From NCBI GenBank assembly GCA_022710645.1, contig JAKLGL010000001.1, forward strand, positions 407,296 through 471,295: a stretch of DNA of 64,000 bases, read 5' to 3'. Every line of letters starts with the position of its first letter. Within the stretch, counting starts at the first letter, position 1. Below the pieces are notes generated by a model. The model ran no database searches, had not been told where the DNA came from, and worked only from the letters and a program-made list of their open reading frames with translations. Shown piece by piece: positions 16,912 through 26,702 of this stretch. Made by a program: the position numbers and the translations under genes. This stretch comes from Patescibacteria group bacterium (lineage in GTDB: Bacteria; Patescibacteriota; Patescibacteriia; Magasanikbacterales; GWA2-37-8).

Positions 16912-17379
16912 ATGAAAATCAATATTATCGTGGTTGGAAAATATAAAGAAAAATATTGGCTCTTGGCGGAAAATGAATACCTCAAACGTTTATCCGCTTG
17001 GTTTAAGATAAACATTATCGAACTCAAAGAAGAAAGTTTTTCTGAAAAAGAAGATCGCGAAAAAATTAAAATCAAAGAAGCGCAAAATATCCTAGCTAAA
17101 ATCCCGGACAATTCTTTTGTCGTGGCGCTGGATGAAAACGGCACTGAATTTACCAGTGAAAAATTTGCCGACAAGCTAAAATCTTGGACCGAATCCGGTG
17201 ATGATATCACTTTTATCCTCGGCGGACCGCTCGGACTTCACGAAACTGTTTTACAAAAAGCCAAATTCAAATTGGCATTGTCGCAATTTACTTTCACTCA
17301 TCAAATGGCTCGGGTATTTTTGTTGGAGCAACTCTATCGAGGAAAAATGATAAACCAAAATAGAAAATATCATTATTAA
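16912..17379 (+). CDS. rlmH: 23S rRNA (pseudouridine1915-N3)-methyltransferase RlmH (SPOUT)
   Basis: 155 aa, INIIVVGK...ILGGPLGL...FTHQMARVFLLEQLYR matches the YbeA/RlmH family. Confidence 0.8.
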   Translation: MKINIIVVGKYKEKYWLLAENEYLKRLSAWFKINIIELKEESFSEKEDREKIKIKEAQNILAKIPDNSFVVALDENGTEFTSEKFADKLKSWTESGDDITFILGGPLGLHETVLQKAKFKLALSQFTFTHQMARVFLLEQLYRGKMINQNRKYHY

Positions 17380-17383
17380 TTTT

Positions 17384-18826
17384 ATGGTTTTCAGTTCTAT
17401 TTCATTTTTGGTTTTTTTCTTACCCCTGACTTTATTAGTCTATTATTTATTGCCTTCGCTAAAAGCCAAAAATATTTTTTTATTTTTGTTCAGTTTGCTG
17501 TTTTACGCTTGGGGCGAAATGAGATATGTTTTCGTAATGCTTTGTTCGATTGTCATCACATACGGAACCGGGTATTTGTTGGGATCATTTCAAAAAGAAA
17601 ATTTTAGAAAATTCGTTTTGATAACCGGAATTTTTATCAATCTTCTTTTCTTGTATTATTTCAAATATTACGATTTTTCTTTGGAAATTTTGAACAAACT
17701 TTTTGGGCTTTCGGGAGAAGAAGTTTTTACTTTAAAAAATATCGTCTTGCCGGTGGGTATTTCTTTTTATACTTTTCAATCGATTTCTTATTTGATAGAT
17801 GTTTATCGTACAAAAGAACTGGCGCAAAAAAACTTTATTAAACTTGGACTTTATATTTCCTGTTTTCCTCAATTGATAGCCGGACCGATAGTTCGTTACC
17901 ATGAAATCAACGAGCAACTTTCCGTCAGAAAACACGAATTAAACGAATTTGCCATTGGAGTGGAAAGATTCATTATTGGTTTGGCCAAAAAAGTGATAAT
18001 CGCCAATACCGTGGGAGAAATAGTTGATTTAGTTTTTGCCACTCCTTTTTCCAACGTGAATGTCTTTCATACTTGGGTGGCTGTTTTGGCCTATTCCTTA
18101 CAAATTTATTATGACTTTTCCGGATATTCGGATATGGCTATAGGTTTGGGGAAAATGTTCGGTTTTTCTTTTCCGGAAAACTTCAATTACCCTTACATTT
18201 CCAAATCTATCACGGAATTTTGGCGACGTTGGCATATGTCATTGTCTCGTTGGTTCAAAGACTATCTCTATATACCTCTTGGAGGTAATCGAAAAGGAAC
18301 AACGCGAACCGCCATTAACTTGTTGATTGTTTTTATTTGCACCGGTATTTGGCACGGAGCGGCTTTTAATTTTTTGGTTTGGGGATTGATACATGGTTTT
18401 TTCCTTTTCTTGGAAAAAATATTGAAAAAAATAGATTTAAAAAAGAATTTACTTGTCGAAATTTTTTCCCGATTTTATACTCTCTTAATAATTGTTTTAT
18501 CTTTTGTGATTTTTAGAACCGATCTGAATTACGGATTTAAAACAATTTTGAAGCTTTTTGGCATTGGCGCGACCGGAGATATTCCCGTCAAAACCGACGA
18601 ACCTTTTTTGATATTGATGATAGATGCCAAATTTTGGCTTTGTTTTTTACTGGGAATTTTATTTGCCGTTCCTTGGTGGAAAAATGAAAAAATAAAAAAT
18701 TCCATGCTTTTTATTTTTTCGGAAAAATACTTTATCAAATACGCCCTGCTGCTTTTTCTGTATTTTTTATCATTTGTTTTTCTGACCAATAGCGCTTATA
18801 ATCCTTTTATTTATTTCCGTTTCTGA
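17384..18826 (+). CDS. MBOAT-family membrane O-acyltransferase (DltB/AlgI-like)
   Basis: Multi-TM protein with FYTFQSISYLIDVYR and EFWRRWHMSLSRWFKDYLYIPLGGNRKG (the MBOAT His motif region). Confidence 0.85.
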   Translation: MVFSSISFLVFFLPLTLLVYYLLPSLKAKNIFLFLFSLLFYAWGEMRYVFVMLCSIVITYGTGYLLGSFQKENFRKFVLITGIFINLLFLYYFKYYDFSLEILNKLFGLSGEEVFTLKNIVLPVGISFYTFQSISYLIDVYRTKELAQKNFIKLGLYISCFPQLIAGPIVRYHEINEQLSVRKHELNEFAIGVERFIIGLAKKVIIANTVGEIVDLVFATPFSNVNVFHTWVAVLAYSLQIYYDFSGYSDMAIGLGKMFGFSFPENFNYPYISKSITEFWRRWHMSLSRWFKDYLYIPLGGNRKGTTRTAINLLIVFICTGIWHGAAFNFLVWGLIHGFFLFLEKILKKIDLKKNLLVEIFSRFYTLLIIVLSFVIFRTDLNYGFKTILKLFGIGATGDIPVKTDEPFLILMIDAKFWLCFLLGILFAVPWWKNEKIKNSMLFIFSEKYFIKYALLLFLYFLSFVFLTNSAYNPFIYFRF

Positions 18827-18834
18827 TTGTTTTT

Positions 18835-19959
18835 ATGAAAATACAAAAAACAATTTTTCTTTTGTTGTTTGGGGTGATGTTATTATTGCCAATATTAAAA
18901 TTTGATTTTCAAAGTAAAATTTCCCTCAATGAAAATAGAGACTTGTCCGCCTTGCCAAAATTGTTTCAAACTTCAACCGTAAACTGGCAATTTTTTTCTC
19001 AACTCGATTCTTATATCAAAGATCGCTTCGGATTTAGAAACGAACTAGTGGACTTGGATGCCAAAATACAATACGAATTTTTGAAAAGCGCCGGTAATTC
19101 CCGGGTTCTTTTGGGGAAAGAAGATTGGTATTTTTATATAGACAAAAAAGATAACAGCAATTATGACGATTATTTGAAAAGAAATTTAGTGGACCAAACT
19201 ACGGTTAAGAAATTTATCCGCAAATTAAAAGATAGGGCAAAGTGGTGCGAACAAAACAACATTCAATTTATTTTTGTGGTAATTCCAAATAAACACGGCA
19301 TTTATTCGGAATTTTATCCCTATCCCCGGCCGGAAGGCATAACTCGCGCCGAACAATTTTTAAACCCCTTGCGAAATACCAATATTAATTATCTTTTTCC
19401 TAAAAAATTATTTATTTCCCAAAAAAACAAATTTTCTCTCTATTACAAAAACGACACTCATTGGAATAATTACGGAGCTTTTTTATTTTTTAAAGAATTA
19501 AAAAATAAATTAGCAACCATTTTACCGGACTCACGATTACCAAATTATAATTTCAAAATGGAAACCAGAGAAGAAGATGTCGGTCAATTACCCGCAATAT
19601 TGGGTTTTAAAGACAAAAAAACCGTGCTTTATCCTTTTTACGAACCGGAGAATGCTTCTTGGGATGATATTTTTGTCTATAAAGGAAAAAACAGGGTGGC
19701 TATGCTTTCCAAAAAAGAACGTTTGGTTACGACAGAGGCTAAAGATAAAAATTTACCTACTGCTATAATTTTTCGAGATTCTTTTTTTAACAGTCTGTAT
19801 CCTTTTACTTCTTCGATTTTTTCAAGAGCTGATTATTTTTGGAAAAATTTTGAAGAATCGGACAAAAACTACATTCTCCAAAACAAACCTGATGTGATAA
19901 TTTGGGAAATAGTAGAAAGAGGGTTGGGAGAAGTAGTGAGAATTCCTTGGAGCAATTAA
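18835..19959 (+). CDS. DHHW-motif AlgX/AlgJ/DltD-like partner protein of the MBOAT acyltransferase
   Basis: Signal or anchor peptide, a YKNDTHWNNYGA (DHHW-like) motif, and a position immediately downstream of the MBOAT gene. Confidence 0.6.
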   Translation: MKIQKTIFLLLFGVMLLLPILKFDFQSKISLNENRDLSALPKLFQTSTVNWQFFSQLDSYIKDRFGFRNELVDLDAKIQYEFLKSAGNSRVLLGKEDWYFYIDKKDNSNYDDYLKRNLVDQTTVKKFIRKLKDRAKWCEQNNIQFIFVVIPNKHGIYSEFYPYPRPEGITRAEQFLNPLRNTNINYLFPKKLFISQKNKFSLYYKNDTHWNNYGAFLFFKELKNKLATILPDSRLPNYNFKMETREEDVGQLPAILGFKDKKTVLYPFYEPENASWDDIFVYKGKNRVAMLSKKERLVTTEAKDKNLPTAIIFRDSFFNSLYPFTSSIFSRADYFWKNFEESDKNYILQNKPDVIIWEIVERGLGEVVRIPWSN

Positions 19960-19989
19960 AAAGACGACCTTTCGGTCGTCTTTTTAATT

Positions 19990-20595
19990 TTATTTTTCCA
20001 ATAGTGTTTTAATTCCTGTCGGTTTATTCTTTCTTTTGGGTTGTTGTCCTCTGTCTGTCTTTGGTTTACCTCCATCAAACCACCATTTTTCTTCTATTTT
20101 TTTAATTTTCGTTTCCTTTTTTATCTGGGTGGGTGTTTTTATTTCATTTTCTCCTTTTGTACCCGGTTTTGAAACAACATCTTCTTTTCTGTTATTTCCT
20201 TTTTCACCAATTTCTTCAATTTTTCTAAAATACTCTTCATCTTCTTTATAATCATCCCAAGTCACATCTCTTTGTGGAGGTCTAGTGTCCCCCAACGCAT
20301 TGTATTTTGCATAAGGATCTATACTGTCAGCTTCTTCTTTTGCTATCATTTCGTCTTCCGGATTACCAGTACCGACATAATGGCTTTCAATATTTTCAAC
20401 ATTCTTAAAGTTCTCGTCTTTTCTAACTGGTTTGTCCGTGTTTTCATAAGGATGTAACTCCGCTTTTTCATCAGCAAAAGGATGCTCTTCCAAATTTACT
20501 CCATCGCCTTTACGGGAGAATTTTCCTGTTTTTTCAACCTCTTTGGTTTCTCTGGCTTTGGGTTTAACCCAACCCCAAATTCCTTCTCTAAGCAT
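19990..20595 (-). CDS. Hypothetical highly charged/low-complexity protein
   Basis: A 201-aa ORF (KE-rich) with no motif; whether it is a real gene is uncertain. Confidence 0.35.
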   Translation of the reverse strand: MLREGIWGWVKPKARETKEVEKTGKFSRKGDGVNLEEHPFADEKAELHPYENTDKPVRKDENFKNVENIESHYVGTGNPEDEMIAKEEADSIDPYAKYNALGDTRPPQRDVTWDDYKEDEEYFRKIEEIGEKGNNRKEDVVSKPGTKGENEIKTPTQIKKETKIKKIEEKWWFDGGKPKTDRGQQPKRKNKPTGIKTLLEK

Positions 20596-20712
20596 ATGTT
20601 TAAAAATTATTAATAACTTATTTTCTCTAATATATCATTTAACCACCTTTTTTTCAAGCTTTACAAAAACCGCAAGATAAACTAAAATACCCATATAATA
20701 ATCACTATTTTT

Positions 20713-21696
20713 ATGTCCAAAAAACGCATTTTTTCAGGGGTTCAACCGACTAACAATATTCATATCGGCAATTATTTTGGCGCTATTAAAAACTGGGTGG
20801 ATGTGCAAGATCAGTTTGATTGTATTTTTTCCGTAGTGGATTTGCACGCTATCACTGTTTATCAAAAACCGGAAGATTTGAGACAAAATATCCTCAAAAT
20901 CGCCAAAACCTATTTGGCTTTGGGTATCAATCCGAAAAAATGTCTCATTTTCCAACAATCGGATGTCAAAGAACATGCTGAACTTTGTTGGATTTTGAAC
21001 TCTATCGCCAAAATGGGCGAATTGGAACGCATGACACAATATAAAGACAAATCCGCTTCTCATCCGGAAAATATCAATGTCGGACTTTTTGACTATCCCG
21101 TGCTCATGGCTGCTGATATTTTACTTTACAACACACAGGCTGTGCCGGTCGGCGAAGATCAAAAACAACATTTGGAACTTGCTCGTGATTTAGCAATACG
21201 TTTCAATAGTTTATACGGAGAGACATTTATTGTCCCTGAACCCATGATCAAAAAAGAAGGGTGCCGAATAATGGGATTGGATAATCCTTACAAAAAAATG
21301 AGTAAATCCGCACCTTCTTCTTACAATTATATTTCTCTACTTGATTCACCGGAGGAAGCCAAGAAAAAAATTATGAAAGCCGTGACCGACTCCGGCAGTG
21401 AAATCAAATTTGATACGGAAAAACCGGCACTTTGTAATTTGCTGACTATCTATTCCCAACTTAGCGGTGAAATTATCAGTAACATCGTAGAAAAATATAC
21501 CGGTCGCGGATATGGTGATTTCAAAAAAGATTTGTCCGAACTGGTTGCTAATTTCTTGGTTGATTTTCAGAAAAAATTCAATGCGATTTCCGATGAAGAA
21601 GTACAGGAACTACTCGTCAAAGGTGCAAAAAAAGCTCGCAAAATCGCGGAAAAGAAAATGGAAGAGGTAAAAGAAAAAATTGGGATAAAAATCTAA
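20713..21696 (+). CDS. trpS: Tryptophan--tRNA ligase
   Basis: HIGH-type NNIHIGNY, KMSKS, and the length fit trpS. Confidence 0.9.
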   Translation: MSKKRIFSGVQPTNNIHIGNYFGAIKNWVDVQDQFDCIFSVVDLHAITVYQKPEDLRQNILKIAKTYLALGINPKKCLIFQQSDVKEHAELCWILNSIAKMGELERMTQYKDKSASHPENINVGLFDYPVLMAADILLYNTQAVPVGEDQKQHLELARDLAIRFNSLYGETFIVPEPMIKKEGCRIMGLDNPYKKMSKSAPSSYNYISLLDSPEEAKKKIMKAVTDSGSEIKFDTEKPALCNLLTIYSQLSGEIISNIVEKYTGRGYGDFKKDLSELVANFLVDFQKKFNAISDEEVQELLVKGAKKARKIAEKKMEEVKEKIGIKI

Positions 21697-22263
21697 ATGA
21701 ACAAAAAAATTATTGTCATTTTAATTCTCTTTTTATCAGCGGTGTTTTTATCCGTCTTTATTGTCATTTCTATCAACAAAAAACCACCGACTGCTCCCAA
21801 ACCTCTAATCACTAATTTACTTACTATGCAAATCGCTTCTCCTGAATTCAAAAATAACGAAACTATTCCGGGTAAATTCACTTGCGACGGACTCAATATC
21901 AATCCGGAATTAAAAATTTACGGCATTCCTGATAATACTGTGAGTTTAGCAGTGATTTTGGACGACCCGGATTCTGTCGGTGGCGATTGGCTACATTGGG
22001 CTGTGTGGAATATAGATCCCAAAACCGAAACTATTTCCGAAAATTCCGTGCCTGTTGGTACAAATGTCGGCAAAAATGATTTTGGCGAAAATAAATACGG
22101 CGGTCCCTGCCCCGGTTCCGGAACGCATCGTTATTTCTTTCACCTTTACGCCTTGGATACTGTTTTGAATATTCCGGAAAACTCCACTAAAGCGGATTTA
22201 TTGAAAGCTATGGAGGGACATTTGATTGCAGAGACGGAATTGATGGGGGTTTACAGTAGATAA
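21697..22263 (+). CDS. YbhB/YbcL-family PEBP (Raf kinase inhibitor-like) protein
   Basis: Signal/TM peptide, DDPDSVGGDWLHWAVWNI and GPCPGSGTHRYFFHLYALD. Confidence 0.8.
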   Translation: MNKKIIVILILFLSAVFLSVFIVISINKKPPTAPKPLITNLLTMQIASPEFKNNETIPGKFTCDGLNINPELKIYGIPDNTVSLAVILDDPDSVGGDWLHWAVWNIDPKTETISENSVPVGTNVGKNDFGENKYGGPCPGSGTHRYFFHLYALDTVLNIPENSTKADLLKAMEGHLIAETELMGVYSR

Positions 22264-22340
22264 AAGTTCGTAAAATATACTAGTTTAGATGTTAAATACA
22301 AAATATTTCATAAACGTTTCAATTATTAACTTAATAGGCT

Positions 22341-22733
22341 ATGAAAATCGATATAGAAAATATTGCCAAAGAAAAAGGTGGTGTTATTGCAGACAAAATT
22401 TTTGAAAAATATGGAGAAAATCCTGTAATAGAACATGATTCATTCTGGGGTGGTTTTCTAGAGGGTCTTTTAGGCGGCAATGGATACTCACGTTTCAAAG
22501 TTGAAAAAGAAGTTTATCAAAGATGTTTACAGGAAACCAATGCCTTTTTTATAAATAATAGTGATGCAAAATTTGATTTTGATGAAGAAATAATTGAAAT
22601 TTTAAAAGACCATCTTCAAACAAAATTACAAGATCCAAAAGTTGTAAAAAAAATGACAACCGAAGATATGTTTGCGCACCTCATCAAGATTTATGTAAAA
22701 GATTTTTTACTTGAAAAAGGTCTTGTCCTCTAA
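22341..22733 (+). CDS. Hypothetical protein (first gene of the AT-rich accessory islet)
   Basis: 130 aa, no recognisable motif; it sits in an AT-rich block with the HEPN-like genes. Confidence 0.5.
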   Translation: MKIDIENIAKEKGGVIADKIFEKYGENPVIEHDSFWGGFLEGLLGGNGYSRFKVEKEVYQRCLQETNAFFINNSDAKFDFDEEIIEILKDHLQTKLQDPKVVKKMTTEDMFAHLIKIYVKDFLLEKGLVL

Positions 22734-22786
22734 TAATTGAGAAAAACATACATATCAAATGACACGGGATAAACAATTCACTAAAT

Positions 22787-23323
22787 ATGAACCCAAAGAA
22801 AACAATATATGATTTAGTGGCTGAATTATCAGATTACCAAAATATAGAAGATAAAACGCTTCCATTGTTAAAATCCTTTTTATATTCAGAACACTTCGCC
22901 GTGCAGTTATGTAAAGAAAATGGTATTAAAACAACCACCCTGAATAAATGTAAAAATTGTGGACATATTACTGATACCAGGCTACTCTCATTAAGTGAAA
23001 TAATAACTAAATTGATAGAAGAAAAAGTTATCAGTCAAGATTCTTTTGAAATATTTAATCTATTGAATAAACTTCGCAATAGATTAATTCATGATATTTC
23101 ACCTGATACACAAAAAATCATTGAGTGGATTGGAAACTTTGATCCACCAACTAATTCGGCAGTAAAAGATTTACTAAAAAAAGCAAACTCATGGCTTCGT
23201 TTTTATCTCTGTCTTATACCCGCGATTGCTACTTTATACGGAAAAACCAAGGATGCTCAGATTCAATTAGATTCGGTAGAATATAACACTCTGACTAGGA
23301 ATTGGATTTTTCACTTTAAATAG
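22787..23323 (+). CDS. HEPN-like (Rx4H) protein, Abi/DUF4145-like putative RNase
   Basis: LNKLRNRLIHDIS carries the R-x4-H HEPN signature inside a predicted helical protein; it also has a CKNCGH pair. Confidence 0.45.
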   Translation: MNPKKTIYDLVAELSDYQNIEDKTLPLLKSFLYSEHFAVQLCKENGIKTTTLNKCKNCGHITDTRLLSLSEIITKLIEEKVISQDSFEIFNLLNKLRNRLIHDISPDTQKIIEWIGNFDPPTNSAVKDLLKKANSWLRFYLCLIPAIATLYGKTKDAQIQLDSVEYNTLTRNWIFHFK

Positions 23324-23506
23324 ATACTTATACTCTACTCATCCAAATTATTCCTTTATTCCAGTAACGTGCTTCGCACAATTCTATTGCCTTCATTTTG
23401 TCACAACTTTTGATTGCCAAAACGGATTGATGGAAAATTATACTAAATAAAGTCGTAAAATAGGAAATTGGATAAATAATTAGTTTTAATTTTTAGGTTT
23501 AATATT

Positions 23507-24064
23507 ATGGATATCAAGGATATAGTTGATCAATATAACACAGGTTCTTTTTTGAAATTCCATTGTGCAATGGAAGATGCGGCATTTAAGGAAATTTTGA
23601 ATAATTATGACAAAAAAAATTATATTTGTTCAGCATGTGGAGCATGTATGTTATTTGAAAAAATATTTAGTACTTTTCTCGCCCGTCATTGTGCCTTTCC
23701 TCCTAATTTCAAACCTGCAAAAAATAATCTCGTCTCTCAACTAAAATATTTAAAAACAACACAAAATGAAATAGATAGTGGTAAGGAAAATCACGGTTTG
23801 TCATTCAAAGAAATCACTCAAAAACTAACTGATCATAAATTTATTTCTAATAAAGAAAAAATTGACTATAATAATTTTTATGACAGATATAGAAATCCTA
23901 TCGCACATGGCTTACAGTCACGTTTATACAAAGATATCTTCGGAGAACCAAATAATACATTTCAAATGGATGTGAGGTACGAGGAAATTTATAAAAAACT
24001 TTCAGAAATTGTCATTGAAAAAATATATAATATAATGTTTTATAAAAAATTATTGAAAACGTAG
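23507..24064 (+). CDS. HEPN-like (Rx4H) protein, second copy
   Basis: YDRYRNPIAHGLQS carries R-x4-H; it also has CSACGACM. It is followed by a terminator (gacgc-ctaacca-gcgtc then T7). Confidence 0.45.
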   Translation: MDIKDIVDQYNTGSFLKFHCAMEDAAFKEILNNYDKKNYICSACGACMLFEKIFSTFLARHCAFPPNFKPAKNNLVSQLKYLKTTQNEIDSGKENHGLSFKEITQKLTDHKFISNKEKIDYNNFYDRYRNPIAHGLQSRLYKDIFGEPNNTFQMDVRYEEIYKKLSEIVIEKIYNIMFYKKLLKT

Positions 24065-24209
24065 GAAAACATCTTTGAAATTATGTGGACCGGTGCAGTT
24101 ATCCAAATTTAAAAATCAAATAAAACAAAAAGACGCCTAACCAGCGTCTTTTTTTGAAATAAAAAAGCAGACTTTGTTCGGTCTGCCGGCGAAAAAATAA
24201 CTGATTTAA

Positions 24210-24740
24210 TTAAATCGGAGGTGCGGCACTATCAGAAACATACAATACCGTTTCTTTTGATGCCATTTCTATTTCGACTTTAACCTGGAATTTCTTTTCC
24301 AGATCGACTGCGATTTTTTTCGCTTTCGGAAGAAACTTTTCTCCGAAAACCTCCAATCTCCAATTGGAGTCTCGCGATATTCCTTGGTAAAAATAGAGGT
24401 TAGCGATACGAACTTCCACTTTTTTACTTTCTCTTATTATCCAGAGAAATACCAGCGACACACTCACAAAGAAAAACAAACCAACAACAATACCATTTTT
24501 GATCCCGATAAGACAGTAAAAAAAGAACAAAAATAATGTTCCTCCACAGAGCGGCCATTTGATAAACGGCTTTACGTCGTCAAATTTCAGTTTGCCCTGC
24601 TCTGAATAAATGATTCCGATCTCGTTTTTTGCATGTAAAAATTTTTCGTCTTTTTTGGCCTCAGCCAGGAAATATCCTTCACGAGACAAAAAAGACGACA
24701 CCCTTCTGATTAACCCTGTTGTTTTTTCTAAATCTTTCAT
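24210..24740 (-). CDS. Membrane protein of unknown function
   Basis: AAGGAGAGG RBS upstream of MKDLEK, so the ORF-track N-terminus is probably an extension. Two TM helices. It has its own terminator (gcagac-cgaacaaa-gtctgc then T6) on the minus strand. Confidence 0.6.
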   Translation of the reverse strand: MKDLEKTTGLIRRVSSFLSREGYFLAEAKKDEKFLHAKNEIGIIYSEQGKLKFDDVKPFIKWPLCGGTLFLFFFYCLIGIKNGIVVGLFFFVSVSLVFLWIIRESKKVEVRIANLYFYQGISRDSNWRLEVFGEKFLPKAKKIAVDLEKKFQVKVEIEMASKETVLYVSDSAAPPI

Positions 24741-24892
24741 TTTCCTCTCCTTATTGAAAAAATGTAAAAGTGCGATAGTAGTATAAAATAATATATTCAC
24801 ACCGTCTTGTCAATTTTTGTATTAATATGATGATAAATGAAAATAAAAAAACCACCATATAGCGGGTGGCGCGCTGAACTTTGAGGTTTATT

Positions 24893-25078
24893 TTATCCGA
24901 AGCGAATATATCTAGAGAGAAGTACCACGATAGAGCCGTACAACATGAACACAGCATCATGGATAAAAGAAGCCGTGTGATTGCATCTTTCATAGCCGGT
25001 TATAGCGTCCACTGCGGGCATTGCAACGATCAAAAAAATAACGGTAAAAAACACAATAAAAAACTTTTTCATGTTCAT
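24893..25078 (-). CDS. Small (61 aa) membrane/secreted protein
   Basis: AAGGAGGAAG RBS upstream of MNMKKFFIVFFTVIFLIVAMPAVDA, which is a signal/TM peptide. Confidence 0.5.
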   Translation of the reverse strand: MNMKKFFIVFFTVIFLIVAMPAVDAITGYERCNHTASFIHDAVFMLYGSIVVLLSRYIRFG

Positions 25079-25254
25079 GACTTCCTCCTTGTTTTTTAAT
25101 AAAAGGTACGATAACGGCATATTATAGCACATTTTAGCCTTTTTGTCAATACCTTAATTTAGCTAATATAAGCCAAAATATTTCTTTGTTGCTCTGCCTG
25201 CCGGCAGGCAGATTTACTGCTTTTTAGCTTCCCTATCTTGACTTTTTCTCTAAA

Positions 25255-25335
25255 CCCTGCTAAAATCAACTCACTAATAACTCGGTGGGATCTGCGGGCC
25301 ACTCCCGTGGAGCTAGTACCACTAAACATTTTATA
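25255..25335 (+). promoter_or_regulatory. GC-rich structured leader upstream of rplA (possible L1 autoregulatory leader)
   Basis: ctcggtgggatctgcgggccactcccgtggagctagtaccac is much more GC-rich than its surroundings and has ccac...gtgg / ggag...ctcc pairing potential. It is preceded by the TCTGCCTGCCGGCAGGCAGA palindrome (25193-25212). Confidence 0.3.
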
Positions 25336-25348
25336 TATGGGAAAAAGA

Positions 25349-26011
25349 ATGAATGCAGTTTCTTCTAAAGTAGATAAAAATAAAATCTACACTACGGAAG
25401 AAGCTATCAAATTGGTCAAAGAAACCGCTACCGTTAAATTTGACGCCAGTGTGGAAGTTCACGCTCAACTCGGAATTGATCCGAAAAAAGGCGAACAACA
25501 AATTCGCTCTACCGTCGTATTGCCTCATGGCACTGGCAAGAGTAAAAAAGTTGCCGCTTTTGTATCTGCTGAAAAGGAAAAAGAAGCTAAAGAAGCCGGC
25601 GCTGATTTCATCTACGGTGAAGAAGATATCAAAAAAATCAAAGATACCGGTAAAATCGAATTTGATGTAGCTGTCACCACTCCGGATATGATGCCGAAAA
25701 TGGCCGTAGCCGCAAAAGTATTGGGCCCGAAAGGCTTGATGCCAAACCCAAAAACCGAAACCGTCGGTCCGAACATCAAAAAGATGGTTGAAGAATTGAA
25801 AAAAGGTAAAATTACTTTCAAAAACGATGATGGCGCCAATGTCCATCAAATCATCGGCAAAGTCAGTTTTGATGAAGCTAAATTGAAAGAAAATTTCGAG
25901 GTTTTCATGGAAGCTCTCAAAAAAGCTAAGCCAAACACCGCCAAAGGCGTATATATCAAAAATCTCGTTATCCACTCTACAATGGGTCCGGCTATAAAAG
26001 TTCAAGCTTAA
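25349..26011 (+). CDS. rplA: 50S ribosomal protein L1
   Basis: VDKNKIYTTEEAIKLVKE...VEVHAQLGIDPKKGEQQIRSTVVLPHGTGK matches L1. The start is chosen at MNAV (25349) or MGKRMNAV (25337); the ORF-track start 25238 is too far upstream. Confidence 0.85.
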   Translation: MNAVSSKVDKNKIYTTEEAIKLVKETATVKFDASVEVHAQLGIDPKKGEQQIRSTVVLPHGTGKSKKVAAFVSAEKEKEAKEAGADFIYGEEDIKKIKDTGKIEFDVAVTTPDMMPKMAVAAKVLGPKGLMPNPKTETVGPNIKKMVEELKKGKITFKNDDGANVHQIIGKVSFDEAKLKENFEVFMEALKKAKPNTAKGVYIKNLVIHSTMGPAIKVQA

Positions 26012-26056
26012 ACTAATTTTAAAAAAGTCCGTTCGAAAGAGCGGGCTTTTTTGTTT

Positions 26057-26125
26057 GTCATTCCCGCCTCCGAGCGGGAATCCAGTGTCCAAATTATCCT
26101 GGATCCCCGCCTTCGCGGGGATGAC
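26057..26125. repeat. GTCAT...ATGAC mini-element (member 1), MITE/REP-like
   Basis: gtcattcccgcctccgagcgggaatcc...ggatccccgccttcgcggggatgac has two internal hairpins and terminal GTCAT/ATGAC. It is followed by gatgacac-tttg-gtgtcatttttt, a terminator-like hairpin. Confidence 0.55.
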
Positions 26126-26237
26126 ACTTTGTGTCATTTTTTAGGCCATTTTATTGGTGTTTTTTATGCTTGCCAATACCCCCAAAATTTGGTAAATTTG
26201 ATATGCTAAAAATACCTAAATTTTTACCAAAAAACAT

Positions 26238-26699
26238 ATGCAAAAACCTCGTGAAAACGCCATTTCTTGGGATGAATGCTTTATGCGCATGGCAAATATC
26301 ATTGCACAGCGCAGCAAAGACCCTTCTACTCAAGCTGGAGCAATTATTACTACCGAACAAAATGTAGTTGTCGGTGTTGGTTACAATGGTTTTCCTCGCG
26401 GAATTGAAAGTACTGATTTACCTTGGGATCGTGAAGGAGATTTGGCGGACACTAAATACGCTTATGTTTGCCACGCCGAAGAAAATGCTGTTTATAACGC
26501 CAATAGCACTACTCGTGATTGTAAAATTTATTGCACCCTATTCCCCTGCAACGAATGTGCCAAAACTATTATTCAAAACGGAATAAAAGAAATTATTTTT
26601 GAAAGTGACAAATACCACGATGATCCGGTTTGGGTCGCTTCCCGCAGAATGTTGGACTTGGCAGGGATAAAATGCAGAGAATATAAATTAAAAACATAA
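26238..26699 (+). CDS. dCMP deaminase (deoxycytidylate deaminase)
   Basis: The zinc motifs CHAEENA and PCNECAK, and the size. Confidence 0.85.
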   Translation: MQKPRENAISWDECFMRMANIIAQRSKDPSTQAGAIITTEQNVVVGVGYNGFPRGIESTDLPWDREGDLADTKYAYVCHAEENAVYNANSTTRDCKIYCTLFPCNECAKTIIQNGIKEIIFESDKYHDDPVWVASRRMLDLAGIKCREYKLKT

Positions 26700-26702
26700 T
26701 TT

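Noticed and set aside
20596-20712. Possible T-box upstream of trpS
   Set aside because: No UGGUACCGC-like core or terminator hairpin is present in the leader.
25331-26137. 268-aa minus-strand ORF
   Set aside because: It is entirely antisense to the well-supported rplA gene. Its Phe-rich product is typical of the reverse strand of a Lys-rich gene.
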